Assembly: GCF_002435945.1 (NCBI RefSeq)
Contig: NZ_DIXC01000057.1
Span: 1,141 to 65,140 of the forward strand
DNA from: Mesotoga sp. UBA6090
GTDB lineage: Bacteria > Thermotogota > Thermotogae > Petrotogales > Kosmotogaceae
Direction of reading: 5' to 3'
DNA: 64,000 bases
Shown here: positions 17,738 through 27,338 of the stretch, piece after piece
Numbering within the stretch: position 1 is the stretch's first letter
How the letters are laid out: each line of letters begins with the position of its first letter
Notes under the pieces: generated by a model
The model's input: the letters and a program-made list of their open reading frames with translations, nothing else
The model's database searches: none
What the model was told of the DNA's origin: nothing
Position numbers and translations under genes: made by a program

Positions 17738-18430
17738 CTAGTAAGGCAAAACGTAGAAAAACATCATCATGAGAAAAGTGAGATTACCGAGCATGACCAG
17801 AATATGCCATAGTTCATGATTCCCAAATTTCCCTGGAAATGGATTCGGTTTCTCTCTAATGAAAATCACTGCACCAACCGTATAAAAAACGCCGCCGAGA
17901 AGAAGCATCAAGATGGCCGAAAGCCCCAGCCTTATGTACACGCTGTAGACCAAGGCGAGCGACAGCCATCCCATTGAGAGATAGCCCGCCATCGATAGCC
18001 AGAGAGGCATTGTCGAAAAGAATAAAGACTTCAGTGCCACATTCAGGAAGGCAAGGCCCCAGATTACTCCAAAAACAGTCCAGCCAACCCAGCCTCCAAC
18101 AACAACCAGACAAAATGGCGTATAGGTGCCGGCTATAAGCAAGTATATCGCGCTGTGGTCGAGGATCGCGAAGACCTTGTAGTACTTTCTGAACCACAGG
18201 AAGAAGTGAAGAAGACCGCTCAAGGTCATTGAGACAACTACAGTCGTCCCGTATATGGCGAAACTTACAAGATGTAACCATTTGCCCTGAATTGCAGAGA
18301 AAACTATCAAGAGCACCAGTCCAGCAAGTCCAAGGACCGCTGCAACTATGTGACTAATCGCATTGAATCCTTCATTTGAGTTCTCGCTTGAGACCATAGG
18401 GTCGACTCTTCGGCCTTCAATTGTACTCAT
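17738..18430 (-). CDS. hemolysin III / PAQR family membrane protein
   Basis: 7 TM helices with LHFF, DHSAIYLLIAGTYTPF and HELWHILV motifs. I prefer ATG 18430. Confidence 0.85.
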   Translation of the reverse strand: MSTIEGRRVDPMVSSENSNEGFNAISHIVAAVLGLAGLVLLIVFSAIQGKWLHLVSFAIYGTTVVVSMTLSGLLHFFLWFRKYYKVFAILDHSAIYLLIAGTYTPFCLVVVGGWVGWTVFGVIWGLAFLNVALKSLFFSTMPLWLSMAGYLSMGWLSLALVYSVYIRLGLSAILMLLLGGVFYTVGAVIFIREKPNPFPGKFGNHELWHILVMLGNLTFLMMMFFYVLPY

Positions 18431-18735
18431 GGAAAATCCTTTCTGGAAAAGTATTTTATCTTCTATTATAGCCCATTCCATACTTCGCTACGGGGAAGCA
18501 ATATTCTTCACGAGCATTCTGTAACGTTGCATCAAAAAGCAGCTACTCGAAATACGCGTGGAGAAAATCGGATGAAACGCGAGTCGAGAAATCAAGAGAA
18601 CAGATATGAAAAAATCAATTCACTTTTGCTAGAAGCCTTGAAGAAAAGCAGACGGGCATGATGTCAAGCTATTCATATGGACTGTCATGAAGTCTGTTGG
18701 GTATCAAAGAAACCAAATTAAGAAGATTGATGAAT

Positions 18736-19770
18736 CTACGAATAGCGAGCCGCGGCTTTTACTGCTTCAATCAGGTTTGAGGGATCGGCAATTCCCCTTC
18801 CGGCTATGTCGAAGGCCGTCCCGTGATCTACGGAAGTCCTCAGAATCGGCATTCCCAGGGTTATCGAGACCGTCCTCTCGAAATCGAGGGTCTTAGTTGC
18901 AATGTGTCCCTGATCATGATACATAGAGATAATGGCGGAGAAAGCACCCTTCCTCGCCATATTGAAGATCGAATCGGCACCTACTGGGCCAACAACTTCT
19001 ATGCCCTTCTTTCTTGCAAGCTCGACTGCCGGGATGATTTCTTCGATCTCTTCTCTTCCGAAGAGACCTCCTTCGCCCCCATGAGGGTTAAGAGCAGCTA
19101 CACCGATCGGCTTCGTCCGCTGTATACCCAGCTGTTTCAGAGCCACTTCGCATCTGAGTATATAGTTGTAGACCCTGTCTTTCTTCACCATTCTGCAGGC
19201 ATTTATGAGCGATACGTGCCTGGATAGGAAGAAAACTCTCATCTCTCCCGCGATTTCGAACATCGTCAGGGGATCTATTGTCTCCGTCAGGGCGCCGAGA
19301 ATCTCGGTGTGCCCCGCGTAAGGTATTCCTGCAGCCTTGATCGAAAGCTTGTTTATCGGGGCGGTTGTGATTGCAGATATCCTCCCCTCTTCCGCCAGCT
19401 CAACCGCCTTCCTGAGATATTCAAAAGCCGCTCTTCCGCAGACTCTATCGACTTTTCCATATTCCGGAAGTCTATCCGGCGTTCCCATGTCGACCAAAGA
19501 GAGAGTTCCGGGAGAGAATTCCGTCTGATCGGTTATCTCGGAGACTGTCTCTATCTTCATGCCGAGATGGTTTCTGTCTATTTCTCTTTGAAGAGTCCTG
19601 AGTTCGCCAATCACTATCGGCCTGCAGATCTCGAAGATTTCCCTATTGGCGATGGCCTTCGACACGATTTCCGGCCCAATCCCCGCAGGATCACCAACGG
19701 GGATGGCTATTGCCGGCTTCTCTGATATCCTTTCCGGTAGAACCGGCTGCTCCATAGGTTTCAGAATCAA
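18736..19770 (-). CDS. PdxA-family NAD(P)-dependent 4-phospho-hydroxyacid dehydrogenase (PdxA2-like)
   Basis: 344 aa with IAIPVGDPAGIGPEI, GHTEIL, NPHGGEGG, MYHDQGH and RTSVDHGTAFDIAG motifs. TTG start lies 6 nt after GGGAGG. Confidence 0.85.
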   Translation of the reverse strand: MILKPMEQPVLPERISEKPAIAIPVGDPAGIGPEIVSKAIANREIFEICRPIVIGELRTLQREIDRNHLGMKIETVSEITDQTEFSPGTLSLVDMGTPDRLPEYGKVDRVCGRAAFEYLRKAVELAEEGRISAITTAPINKLSIKAAGIPYAGHTEILGALTETIDPLTMFEIAGEMRVFFLSRHVSLINACRMVKKDRVYNYILRCEVALKQLGIQRTKPIGVAALNPHGGEGGLFGREEIEEIIPAVELARKKGIEVVGPVGADSIFNMARKGAFSAIISMYHDQGHIATKTLDFERTVSITLGMPILRTSVDHGTAFDIAGRGIADPSNLIEAVKAAARYS

Positions 19771-19807
19771 ACACTACCTCCCAGATGTCTCCTAGTCCGA
19801 AGCCCTT

Positions 19808-20113
19808 TCACTCTCCGAATACTTCCGTCCTGATTCTCGTCATATACCAGCTGAAAAGGTCCACGCAGATTTCGGCGGCCAGCTTGTTCTTCTCAGAGGC
19901 GGCGGCAAAGAGCTTCGTTCCTACCGAAGAAATGAAGTCAAACCCGCAGCATCTTCCCTCTTTATTCAAGTCTTTCGCAATATCCATCATTCTTTCGAAA
20001 TCATCCGTGACAAGCGCCTCATTTAGGTACTCGACATCTCTGTGTCTCATCAACAGGAAGTTATCAACAGTACTTTCCATACTGGCCTCAATGGTTACGG
20101 TAACTCTTTCCAT
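19808..20113 (-). CDS. hypothetical helical protein (weakly Hpt-like, lacking the phospho-His)
   Basis: 101 aa with a strong GGAGGTGG RBS, 38 nt upstream of the PdxA-family gene. The segment DIAKDLNKEGRCCGFDFISSVGTKLFAAASEKNKLAAEI loosely resembles the Hpt helix pattern. Confidence 0.4.
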   Translation of the reverse strand: MERVTVTIEASMESTVDNFLLMRHRDVEYLNEALVTDDFERMMDIAKDLNKEGRCCGFDFISSVGTKLFAAASEKNKLAAEICVDLFSWYMTRIRTEVFGE

Positions 20114-20284
20114 CTGCCACCTCCAAGAGACAATGCAGTGATCACGAAATTCCGGTTGACGGGATCATCTGATGTCGTGTTTTACTACTCTTATTATGAT
20201 TCTATCTGATTAGTCTGATTTCATGAAGTCAATTTCCCACCTAAACCACACTCTTGAACAAGTAGTCTCAATTTAGCCCGGGAT

Positions 20285-20491
20285 TTATGGATGTTCTTGT
20301 GTGAAGCTTTTCTGATATTGTCTCAGTATAAGTAGTTTGTTTGCGCGGGAAATGGAATTTTGCAGGATTGATCTCTTTTGTCTTGCATTGAGGCCGGCAT
20401 AGTGCTGAATTCTGGCAATGAGCTCTACTGATCTTGCCTGTGCAATGGTTTTCGGAGTTTTATTTTGGATTGGTACATATTGTATAATCAT
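20285..20491 (-). pseudogene. relic of an IS110-family transposase C-terminus
   Basis: The 68-aa ORF segment VPIQNKTPKTIAQARSVELIARIQHYAGLNARQKRSILQNSISRANKLL parallels the IS110-family C-terminal pattern IPGIGPxTAA...L..YAGL.PRQ.QSG....ISKxGNxxLR. There is no N-terminal catalytic domain, because the region upstream of it is occupied by an unrelated gene. Confidence 0.4.
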
Positions 20492-20637
20492 ACTAACAAT
20501 ATAGGCATAAGTTTTTGTTCTTCTACGTTTTCTATGAACGGCAAGCGCGGTCTTTACCGGATTTTGTTTGATCTGTGATATGTCTATTGTGTTATACCGT
20601 AAGATGTTCTCAATTTTATTTTGTAGGAGGGGAAAGT

Positions 20638-21876
20638 ATGAAGAAACTCTTGTTACTGACTTTGGTCGTGATCATTGCCGTAAGCGCCTTTTCCGGCAAA
20701 GTCACAATCTGGAGCTGGCGAACTCAGGACGCTCAGGTATGGAAAGAAGTCGAAGCGGCCTTGAAGAGCAAAGGTCTCGACATCACGATCGAATACACGG
20801 CCTTCGCACCGACGGAATACGACTCGAAGGTCGCCCTTGCTCTCCAGACCGGCGAAGGTCCGGATATCGTTTACTCCAGAAGACTTCCCGGAGGAAGAAC
20901 TCAGGTTCTGATCGAGAATGGCCTTTACCTGCCAGTCGACGAGTTTACGGATATGTCCAACTTCCCGCAGGCCGCTCTAAACTCAGTTACCTGGGAAGAC
21001 AAGGTTTACGGAGTTCCCTTTGCAGTGCAGGTAGTTGGAATATTCTACAACAAAGACTTTTACGAAGAATTCGGACTAGAGGAACCTGCAACATGGGATG
21101 AATTAGTCGCCAACGCTGAAGTTATCAAGAACAAGGGAATCACACCTTTCTTCCTTTATGGGAAGGAAGCGTGGGCACTCACAATGCAGCACGCAATGTG
21201 TGGTGTCAGCATTCTTGGACCCGACTGGATAAAGGCTCTGACAGACGGCGAAACCAACTTCCTCGATCCCAAGTTCACCGATCTCAACAGGAGGCTCAAC
21301 GATCTGAAGATTTATTATCAGGACGGTTTCATGGGAAACACGACGGTCGATCAGGACGCTGCCTTCGCGTTTGGTCAGGCAGCGATGGTATTCTATGGCG
21401 CCTGGGGTTACCAGACATGGAAAGATCTAAATCCCGATCTCAATGTCGGATATTTCATGGTTCCACCACTCACCGAGGACCAGACACCCTATGCCTACAC
21501 TTATCTCGACGGAGCCATAGCATTGACATCTAATGTCAAGAACCTCGAGGACTCCAAAGAGATACTCAAGTTCTGCGCCACACCTGAATTCGGTACGATT
21601 TTCGCCGGAATCACTTACAATATTCCTGCCGTCGTAGGCGCAAAAATCCCACCGGATCCTCTACTGGAAGAAGTTCTAGCTGTCTACAACAACAACGCTT
21701 CCCCATGGGTCTATTGGGTAGGATCTGTCTTCACAACACAGAAGCCTTCTCTGTATGACGACGTTCTCAGCCCGGGAATGCAAGCTCTTTACGCAGGCCA
21801 GCTTACCCCCGAAGGACTCTCACAGATGGCTCAGGATGCAATATCTCAGTGGTACCCGCCTTTGATGAATCAGTAA
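20638..21876 (+). CDS. extracellular solute-binding protein family 1 (sugar ABC; MurNAc/GlcNAc-type substrate inferred from context)
   Basis: ATG 20638 follows GGAGGGGAAAG. The product has the signal MKKLLLLTLVVIIAVSAFSG and a family-1 SBP body. Confidence 0.85.
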   Translation: MKKLLLLTLVVIIAVSAFSGKVTIWSWRTQDAQVWKEVEAALKSKGLDITIEYTAFAPTEYDSKVALALQTGEGPDIVYSRRLPGGRTQVLIENGLYLPVDEFTDMSNFPQAALNSVTWEDKVYGVPFAVQVVGIFYNKDFYEEFGLEEPATWDELVANAEVIKNKGITPFFLYGKEAWALTMQHAMCGVSILGPDWIKALTDGETNFLDPKFTDLNRRLNDLKIYYQDGFMGNTTVDQDAAFAFGQAAMVFYGAWGYQTWKDLNPDLNVGYFMVPPLTEDQTPYAYTYLDGAIALTSNVKNLEDSKEILKFCATPEFGTIFAGITYNIPAVVGAKIPPDPLLEEVLAVYNNNASPWVYWVGSVFTTQKPSLYDDVLSPGMQALYAGQLTPEGLSQMAQDAISQWYPPLMNQ

Positions 21877-21890
21877 ACGACAGATTTCTT

Positions 21891-21918
21891 CTCTTCCCCG
21901 CCGACTGGCGGGGAAGAG
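21891..21918 (+). other. 12-bp stem-loop immediately after the binding-protein gene
   Basis: CTCTTCCCCGCC-GACT-GGCGGGGAAGAG, 15 nt after the stop, followed by TTCATT. Confidence 0.6.
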
Positions 21919-21937
21919 TTCATTGAGGAGAACGAAG

Positions 21938-22840
21938 ATGCAGATTAAACTTAGATACCTTCTTGTTTTCATCTTACCTGCCCTGATTCTGTACTCTGTG
22001 TTTATAATATACCCACTGATCGACAGCCTCATACTGAGCTTCTTCAGCTGGTCGGGAGTGGGGGCGAGGACCTTCGTCGGTTTAAAGAACTTCCGGACGC
22101 TTTTTACTGGAAGCTTTTCCAAAGAGTTGTTCAACGCCTTCTTCCACAATGTCTACTTCTTCATAATGCTAACGATTCTCGAACTTGGACTGGGCTTTTT
22201 AATTGCTTTAATGCTGGCAAGCAAGATAAAGGGAGCTGGAGCATTCAGAGTAGTAACGTACATACCGAACATGATACCTCTAGTTCTTGTTGGATTTATG
22301 TGGGTTCTCTTCCTGAATCCTCAGGCAGGACTGGTAAACCAGTTCTTGAGAACTATTGGACTGGGGAGTTTGGCCCAACCCTGGTTAGGTCAGGCAAACA
22401 CAGCTCTTACAACGATAATTCTTGTAAATGTGTGGCGAAACCTTGGGTTTTATGTACTCGTTATTCTTGCAGCGATACTTGATATATCGCCAGAATTAAT
22501 AGAGGCCGCTTATATTGATGGCGCAAACAACTGGAAGATTACGTGGAGAATAATATTCCCACTAACATTTTCCACTTTCAGAACACTAGCGATTCTCATT
22601 TTCATCTGGAGTTTCAATATATTCGACATGGTATATGCTCTGGAAGGCGTGCAGGCTGGTCCATACAGATCTACGGACGTTCTCGGGACGCTTTTCTACA
22701 GGACGGCCTTCGGGGGGCTTGGTAGCGGGGCTGTTGATATGGGGCTGGGAGCTTCGGTAACGGTCTTTATTTTTACCATAGTCATGCCCGTCTCGATACT
22801 GTATGTCTACATCGTCGAGAAGAGACAAAGGAGTGCATGA
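21938..22840 (+). CDS. carbohydrate ABC transporter permease (MalF-like)
   Basis: I prefer ATG 21938 (GAGGAG RBS). The EAA-loop is IEAAYIDGANNWKITWRIIFPL. Confidence 0.9.
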   Translation: MQIKLRYLLVFILPALILYSVFIIYPLIDSLILSFFSWSGVGARTFVGLKNFRTLFTGSFSKELFNAFFHNVYFFIMLTILELGLGFLIALMLASKIKGAGAFRVVTYIPNMIPLVLVGFMWVLFLNPQAGLVNQFLRTIGLGSLAQPWLGQANTALTTIILVNVWRNLGFYVLVILAAILDISPELIEAAYIDGANNWKITWRIIFPLTFSTFRTLAILIFIWSFNIFDMVYALEGVQAGPYRSTDVLGTLFYRTAFGGLGSGAVDMGLGASVTVFIFTIVMPVSILYVYIVEKRQRSA

Positions 22841-22843
22841 AGC

Positions 22844-23671
22844 ATGCTGAAGCTTAGCCTTTTCGGAAAAATCGTAGTTTACTTCCTTCTGGTCGTTTAC
22901 TGTTTGATCATTCTAGTTCCGTTTTTCATTATGATCATGAACTCTCTTAAGTCAATGAGAGAGATCTATTTGCAACCGTTTTCATTCCCGTCGAAAGTCC
23001 TGTTCGAAAACTATTCGAAGGCATGGCAGCAGGCCGGAATAGGGACGGGTTACAAGAACAGTCTGATTGTTGCCGGTACTTCTGTCATTGGAATTGTAAT
23101 TGTCTCCTCGATGTTTGCCTATGCGATTTCCAAGTACACCTTCAGGGGAAGGAGATTTCTTTTCATATACTCGATGCTGGGTCTAGCCTTTCCTGCAAGG
23201 CTCGCAATAATTCCGATATTCATACTGCTTAGAAACTTCCATCTCACGAACTCTCTAGTTGGACTGATAATAATCTACACCTCCGTCAATATTCCGTTCT
23301 CTGTCTTCCTTCTCAAGAATTTCATTGACGGAGTCCCTAACGAGCTTTCAGAAGCTGCAAGAATCGACGGAGCTTCTCCGATGCAGATTTACTGGAGGAT
23401 TATTCTTCCTCTGGTCAAGCCGGCTCTGTCGATAGTCTCGATCGTCAGCTTCGTCAACGTATGGAACGACTTCTTCTTCCCGCTTATTTTCATCACGGAT
23501 AGATCGAAGGCGACAATTACTCTGGCCGTTTCGATCTTCTTCGGGGAGTATGTGAACCAGTGGCACTTGTTGTTCTCGGGGCTTACGCTGGCCGTCGCTC
23601 CAACGATAATACTCTTCCTGTTGTTCTCGAGGCAGTTCATAACGGGCATGACTCAGGGAGCAATAAAGTAA
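22844..23671 (+). CDS. carbohydrate ABC transporter permease (MalG-like)
   Basis: 275 aa with the EAA-loop SEAARIDGASPMQIYWRIILPL. Confidence 0.9.
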   Translation: MLKLSLFGKIVVYFLLVVYCLIILVPFFIMIMNSLKSMREIYLQPFSFPSKVLFENYSKAWQQAGIGTGYKNSLIVAGTSVIGIVIVSSMFAYAISKYTFRGRRFLFIYSMLGLAFPARLAIIPIFILLRNFHLTNSLVGLIIIYTSVNIPFSVFLLKNFIDGVPNELSEAARIDGASPMQIYWRIILPLVKPALSIVSIVSFVNVWNDFFFPLIFITDRSKATITLAVSIFFGEYVNQWHLLFSGLTLAVAPTIILFLLFSRQFITGMTQGAIK

Positions 23672-23672
23672 G

Positions 23673-24857
23673 GTGCTGGGTGTGAAAGTGAAGCTTGGAA
23701 TCGACTGTCTCTTAGAGAGCGACATACTGAAGAAGAAACGGATCGGGTTGCTAACCAACTCTAGCGGTGTCAATGGGGATCTGAGAATCAACGTCGACCT
23801 CATGCTTAACGCAGGCTTCAATATCGTGAAATTGTTCGGTCCCGAGCACGGTATCTCGGGAGCCGCGGCCGATGGAGTTAGCGTCGGCAACGCGGTGGAC
23901 GCCAAATATGGTATACCGATCTTTTCGCTCTTCGGAGATGTGATACGACCAACAGAGGAGATGCTCTCTGGAATCGATGCCTTCGTTTACGACATTCAGG
24001 ATGTCGGCCTTCGATTCTATACGTATCTCTATTCCCTCGTCTATTCAATGGAGGAGTGTGCGAAAAGGGGGATAGAGGTAGTAGTTCTCGACAGACCCGA
24101 CCCGCTTTCATGTAAGGTCGTGGGCCCCACAATAAAGAAGAGGCTCGACAGCATAGTCGGGGGGTATGGTCTTGCCCTGAGGTATGGCTTGACCGTTGGT
24201 GAGGTTGCGAAGTACTTCGACAAGATCTTCGATATCGGTGCAGATCTTACAGTAGTGCCGATGGAGAATTATGAGAAATATATGTACTATGATCAGACCG
24301 GTCACCTGTGGAGCACGCCTTCCCCGAATATTCCCTCGCTTGAGCACGCAATACTTTACTCGGGTTTCTGCCTCTTCGAGGGCACGAACCTATCTATGGG
24401 GCGCGGCACTGTCCACCCCTTCAAATACATAGGAGCGCCATGGATCGACTCCGCACCACTTTATGAGGAACTGAAGAAACTTGATCATCCCGGTGTTGCC
24501 TTTAGAGAGAGGAGTTTCATTCCGGGAGCATTCAAGCTGCAAGACCAGTCCTGTAATGGTCTTGAGTTCTATGTTACAGATAGAAACGCCATTAAACCCT
24601 TGGAACTTGCTCTAGACATTATCGCCATTCTTATGAAGCTGTGGCCGGGAAAATTCGACTGGGATGTGCACTATCATGGAACCAGCATCCCACTCAACAA
24701 GATGTGGGACGGCAGGTATCATTTCGACTTGATAATAGGAGAAGAGCAGTATAGAGAAAAACTGCTTCAAGGGGCAACTTCAGCGGAGCTTTCCGAGTTA
24801 TGGAAAGATGAGCAAAGAGAGTTTGAGAGTTTAACAAGAGAATTCAGGATCTATTGA
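23673..24857 (+). CDS. namZ: DUF1343 / exo-beta-N-acetylmuramidase NamZ-like
   Basis: 394 aa with KRIGLLTNSSG, LFGPEHGISG, FVYDIQDVGLRFYTY and VLDRPDPL, the DUF1343 (B. subtilis YbbC/NamZ) signature. Confidence 0.8.
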   Translation: MLGVKVKLGIDCLLESDILKKKRIGLLTNSSGVNGDLRINVDLMLNAGFNIVKLFGPEHGISGAAADGVSVGNAVDAKYGIPIFSLFGDVIRPTEEMLSGIDAFVYDIQDVGLRFYTYLYSLVYSMEECAKRGIEVVVLDRPDPLSCKVVGPTIKKRLDSIVGGYGLALRYGLTVGEVAKYFDKIFDIGADLTVVPMENYEKYMYYDQTGHLWSTPSPNIPSLEHAILYSGFCLFEGTNLSMGRGTVHPFKYIGAPWIDSAPLYEELKKLDHPGVAFRERSFIPGAFKLQDQSCNGLEFYVTDRNAIKPLELALDIIAILMKLWPGKFDWDVHYHGTSIPLNKMWDGRYHFDLIIGEEQYREKLLQGATSAELSELWKDEQREFESLTREFRIY

Positions 24858-25710
24858 GCTTCTCAAACATCTGTTCGGCCAGTATTTCATCAACATTCCC
24901 GGTGAAAAGTGAGGTTCTGTGATTGTTTATCATCTCCGAGAATCTTTCATTGTAATAAGCGGAGGCAAAAGAGCCGCCAAAGGTGTGTATTGTGTCAACC
25001 TCACCGGTTTTTTCAAGAACTCTGAGGGTTCTCTTAGCAAGTACTTCGATCCCTTCATCCGCTACAATCTTAACCAATTCGGAAGGGTCTTCAAGTGCAA
25101 CTCTACTAAAAGAGGCAATCTTTGTCTTCATGTCTGGCAAAAGCGTAAGGTTGACAAGTTCTTCTATGTTATCCGTTTCAAAGAAATCGACAAGTTGATC
25201 GAAAACGGGATCGTGAGGAATCAGCTCATCCCTGTACTTAAGAGAAGCGACGATCAACTCTTTCGAGATCCAGTAGGCGCTTCCCTCATCATCAAAAATG
25301 TGTCCCCAGCCACCTGACTTTACCGCTTCGCCTGCATCGTCATGACCATAAACCGTTGAACCAGTACCTGAAACAACAACAACGCCTCTTTCTTCGCCAA
25401 CCGCAGCTCTGTACAAGCCTTCAATATCCATAATTACCTCAATTTCTGAGTCTCTGAAAACAGATTCCAATGCTTGTCTCAGCTTTCTTTCGCGAATTCT
25501 ATCTCCGGCACCGGAGAACGCTGCAAGTATGACGTCCGGAACCCAAATATCGTCGCGGACTAATGAGAAGATCGATACAAGATTACTGGTACTGACTGCA
25601 GTGATATTTACTCCCGTGTTATAATTTTTCCTTTTCTTCCCTTCACTTGAAATGGCAGTCACTCTAAGATTAGTGCCGCCTCCGTCCATTGCAAGTATCT
25701 TCTTGCTCAT
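24844..25710 (-). CDS. BadF/BadG/BcrA/BcrD-type sugar kinase (GlcNAc/MurNAc kinase, MurK-like)
   Basis: 288 aa with ILAMDGGGTNLRV, VVVSGTGS and GGWGHIFDDEGSAYW motifs. Confidence 0.75.
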   Translation of the reverse strand: MSKKILAMDGGGTNLRVTAISSEGKKRKNYNTGVNITAVSTSNLVSIFSLVRDDIWVPDVILAAFSGAGDRIRERKLRQALESVFRDSEIEVIMDIEGLYRAAVGEERGVVVVSGTGSTVYGHDDAGEAVKSGGWGHIFDDEGSAYWISKELIVASLKYRDELIPHDPVFDQLVDFFETDNIEELVNLTLLPDMKTKIASFSRVALEDPSELVKIVADEGIEVLAKRTLRVLEKTGEVDTIHTFGGSFASAYYNERFSEMINNHRTSLFTGNVDEILAEQMFEKLNRS

Positions 25711-26432
25711 TCTACTCTCCTCACAACCTTTAGTCTGTAGCGATCCCCTCTGTATACGGATCTGACTATTTCAACGCATAAGTTTTTATTTGTGAATGTC
25801 TGTCTTTCACGAGCTATCCCGTAGCTACCCTCTTCAACATGAAGATGGCATGCCTCTTCTTTGGACAGTCTGCAGACTTCAATGTTTTCCTGAGCGTGAT
25901 CAAGAACTAGCGACAGTTCATTCTTAAGAATAGCATACAGAGACTCTACACTCATATCTCTGCTGACTATGTTGAGGATCCTGATATCTGCCAGAGGATT
26001 CAAGTAAGCCATCTCAATTCCGTATGGTTCGTCATTCAGGTATCTCACTCTCTGCAGAAACACCACCATACCGTCAGCGGGAACACCGAAACTCTTAGCA
26101 ATTTCATCAGGAGGAACAACAAGACCAACACTTAACACTACTGAGCTGGCTCTAAGCTTTTCTCTAGCTGCCTCTTCCGTAAAACCAGTAAGCGAGCTGA
26201 TACTCTCCTCGTGTTTCTGTTCAACAACGAATGTTCCGCGACCCTTCGATGACTCAATTACATACTCTCTTTTTAGCTCGTCAAGTGCTCTTCTAAGAGT
26301 AAGCCTACTGACGCTGAATTCATTGCAGAGCTCCTTTTCGGTTGGAATCTTCTTCGAATAGACCCCCTTACTTATTCGACGCTTCAGTTCCTTATAAATC
26401 CGGTAGTAAACCGGTGTACCGGTTTCTCTCAA
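25707..26432 (-). CDS. GntR/HutC family transcriptional regulator (UTRA effector domain)
   Basis: 241 aa with PVYYRIYKELKRRI...LCNEFSVSRLTLRRALDELK (wHTH) and a UTRA-like C-terminal half. Confidence 0.85.
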   Translation of the reverse strand: MRETGTPVYYRIYKELKRRISKGVYSKKIPTEKELCNEFSVSRLTLRRALDELKREYVIESSKGRGTFVVEQKHEESISSLTGFTEEAAREKLRASSVVLSVGLVVPPDEIAKSFGVPADGMVVFLQRVRYLNDEPYGIEMAYLNPLADIRILNIVSRDMSVESLYAILKNELSLVLDHAQENIEVCRLSKEEACHLHVEEGSYGIARERQTFTNKNLCVEIVRSVYRGDRYRLKVVRRVE

Positions 26433-27337
26433 TTCACTCCTCCGAGTTCTTTGAGAGCCGAGCGCACATGGCCCCTGTTGCGTTTGAGAGAGTCTTCACA
26501 CTTTTCTTTTCCGAGACCCGTAAGAGCCATGAGAATCGCGAGAGGGACCTCCCTACCGGAGGCCTCCAATATCTTCTCGGACTCTTCATAAGAGAGATCG
26601 CTAATCTCAGAAATTATTCTAGTTGCTCGATCGACCAACTTTCGATTGAGAATCTTCACCCCTATCATGTAGTTCCCAAAGACTCTGCCAACCTTTACCA
26701 TAGTGATAGTGCTGATCATATTAAGAACCAGCTTCTGAGCCGTACCGGCCTTCAATCTCGTGCTGCCGGTTACTACTTCAGGACCTGTTCTTACCGCTAT
26801 TGTCACATCAGCAAACTCCGCGAGATAAGGTTTTCCAACATTACAAATTATGATCGTTTTGGCTCCCTGCTTTCTCGCATACTTAAGAACACCCTCCACG
26901 TACGGCGTTCTCCCCGATGCCGAAATTCCGATCACGGCGTCTTTTCGCGATATTCCGACCTTTATTGCCTCCATTTCGCCTTGTTCAGTGCTGTCTTCAG
27001 CGTGTTCGACAGGGTTGGCTAAAGCTTCCTGACCTCCTGCCATGAGTGTTACAAAGAGATCTTTGGAAACGCCGAAAGTCGGAACGACTTCTGCCGCATC
27101 CAGTACTCCTAGTCGACCGCTAGTACCCGCACCGGCATAGACGATTCTCCCACCTGATTCAATGGAGTTCACGCAGTGCTCAACCGCAGAAGCGACTTCT
27201 TTCAGGACATCTCTCACTGATAGAGGAACCGTTGCATCCTCTTCATTCATTATTCTAAGCATCTCGTACGTCGATAGTTCATCCAGATTCTTTGTCCTGG
27301 GATTTGCTCCCTCTGTTTCCAGCTTATCAAACTTCAT
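26429..27337 (-). CDS. murQ: N-acetylmuramic acid 6-phosphate etherase MurQ
   Basis: 302 aa with YAGAGTSGRLGVLDAAEVVPTFG and an SIS domain, the typical MurQ N-terminal motif. Confidence 0.9.
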   Translation of the reverse strand: MKFDKLETEGANPRTKNLDELSTYEMLRIMNEEDATVPLSVRDVLKEVASAVEHCVNSIESGGRIVYAGAGTSGRLGVLDAAEVVPTFGVSKDLFVTLMAGGQEALANPVEHAEDSTEQGEMEAIKVGISRKDAVIGISASGRTPYVEGVLKYARKQGAKTIIICNVGKPYLAEFADVTIAVRTGPEVVTGSTRLKAGTAQKLVLNMISTITMVKVGRVFGNYMIGVKILNRKLVDRATRIISEISDLSYEESEKILEASGREVPLAILMALTGLGKEKCEDSLKRNRGHVRSALKELGGVN

Positions 27338-27338
27338 C

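Noticed and set aside
20568-21101. 177-aa Arg-rich ORF overlapping the start of the sugar SBP gene. A 120-aa ORF lies at 21171-21533.
   Set aside because: Both are alternative frames of a strongly supported SBP gene. Their composition is Arg/Ser-rich, which is typical of out-of-frame translation.
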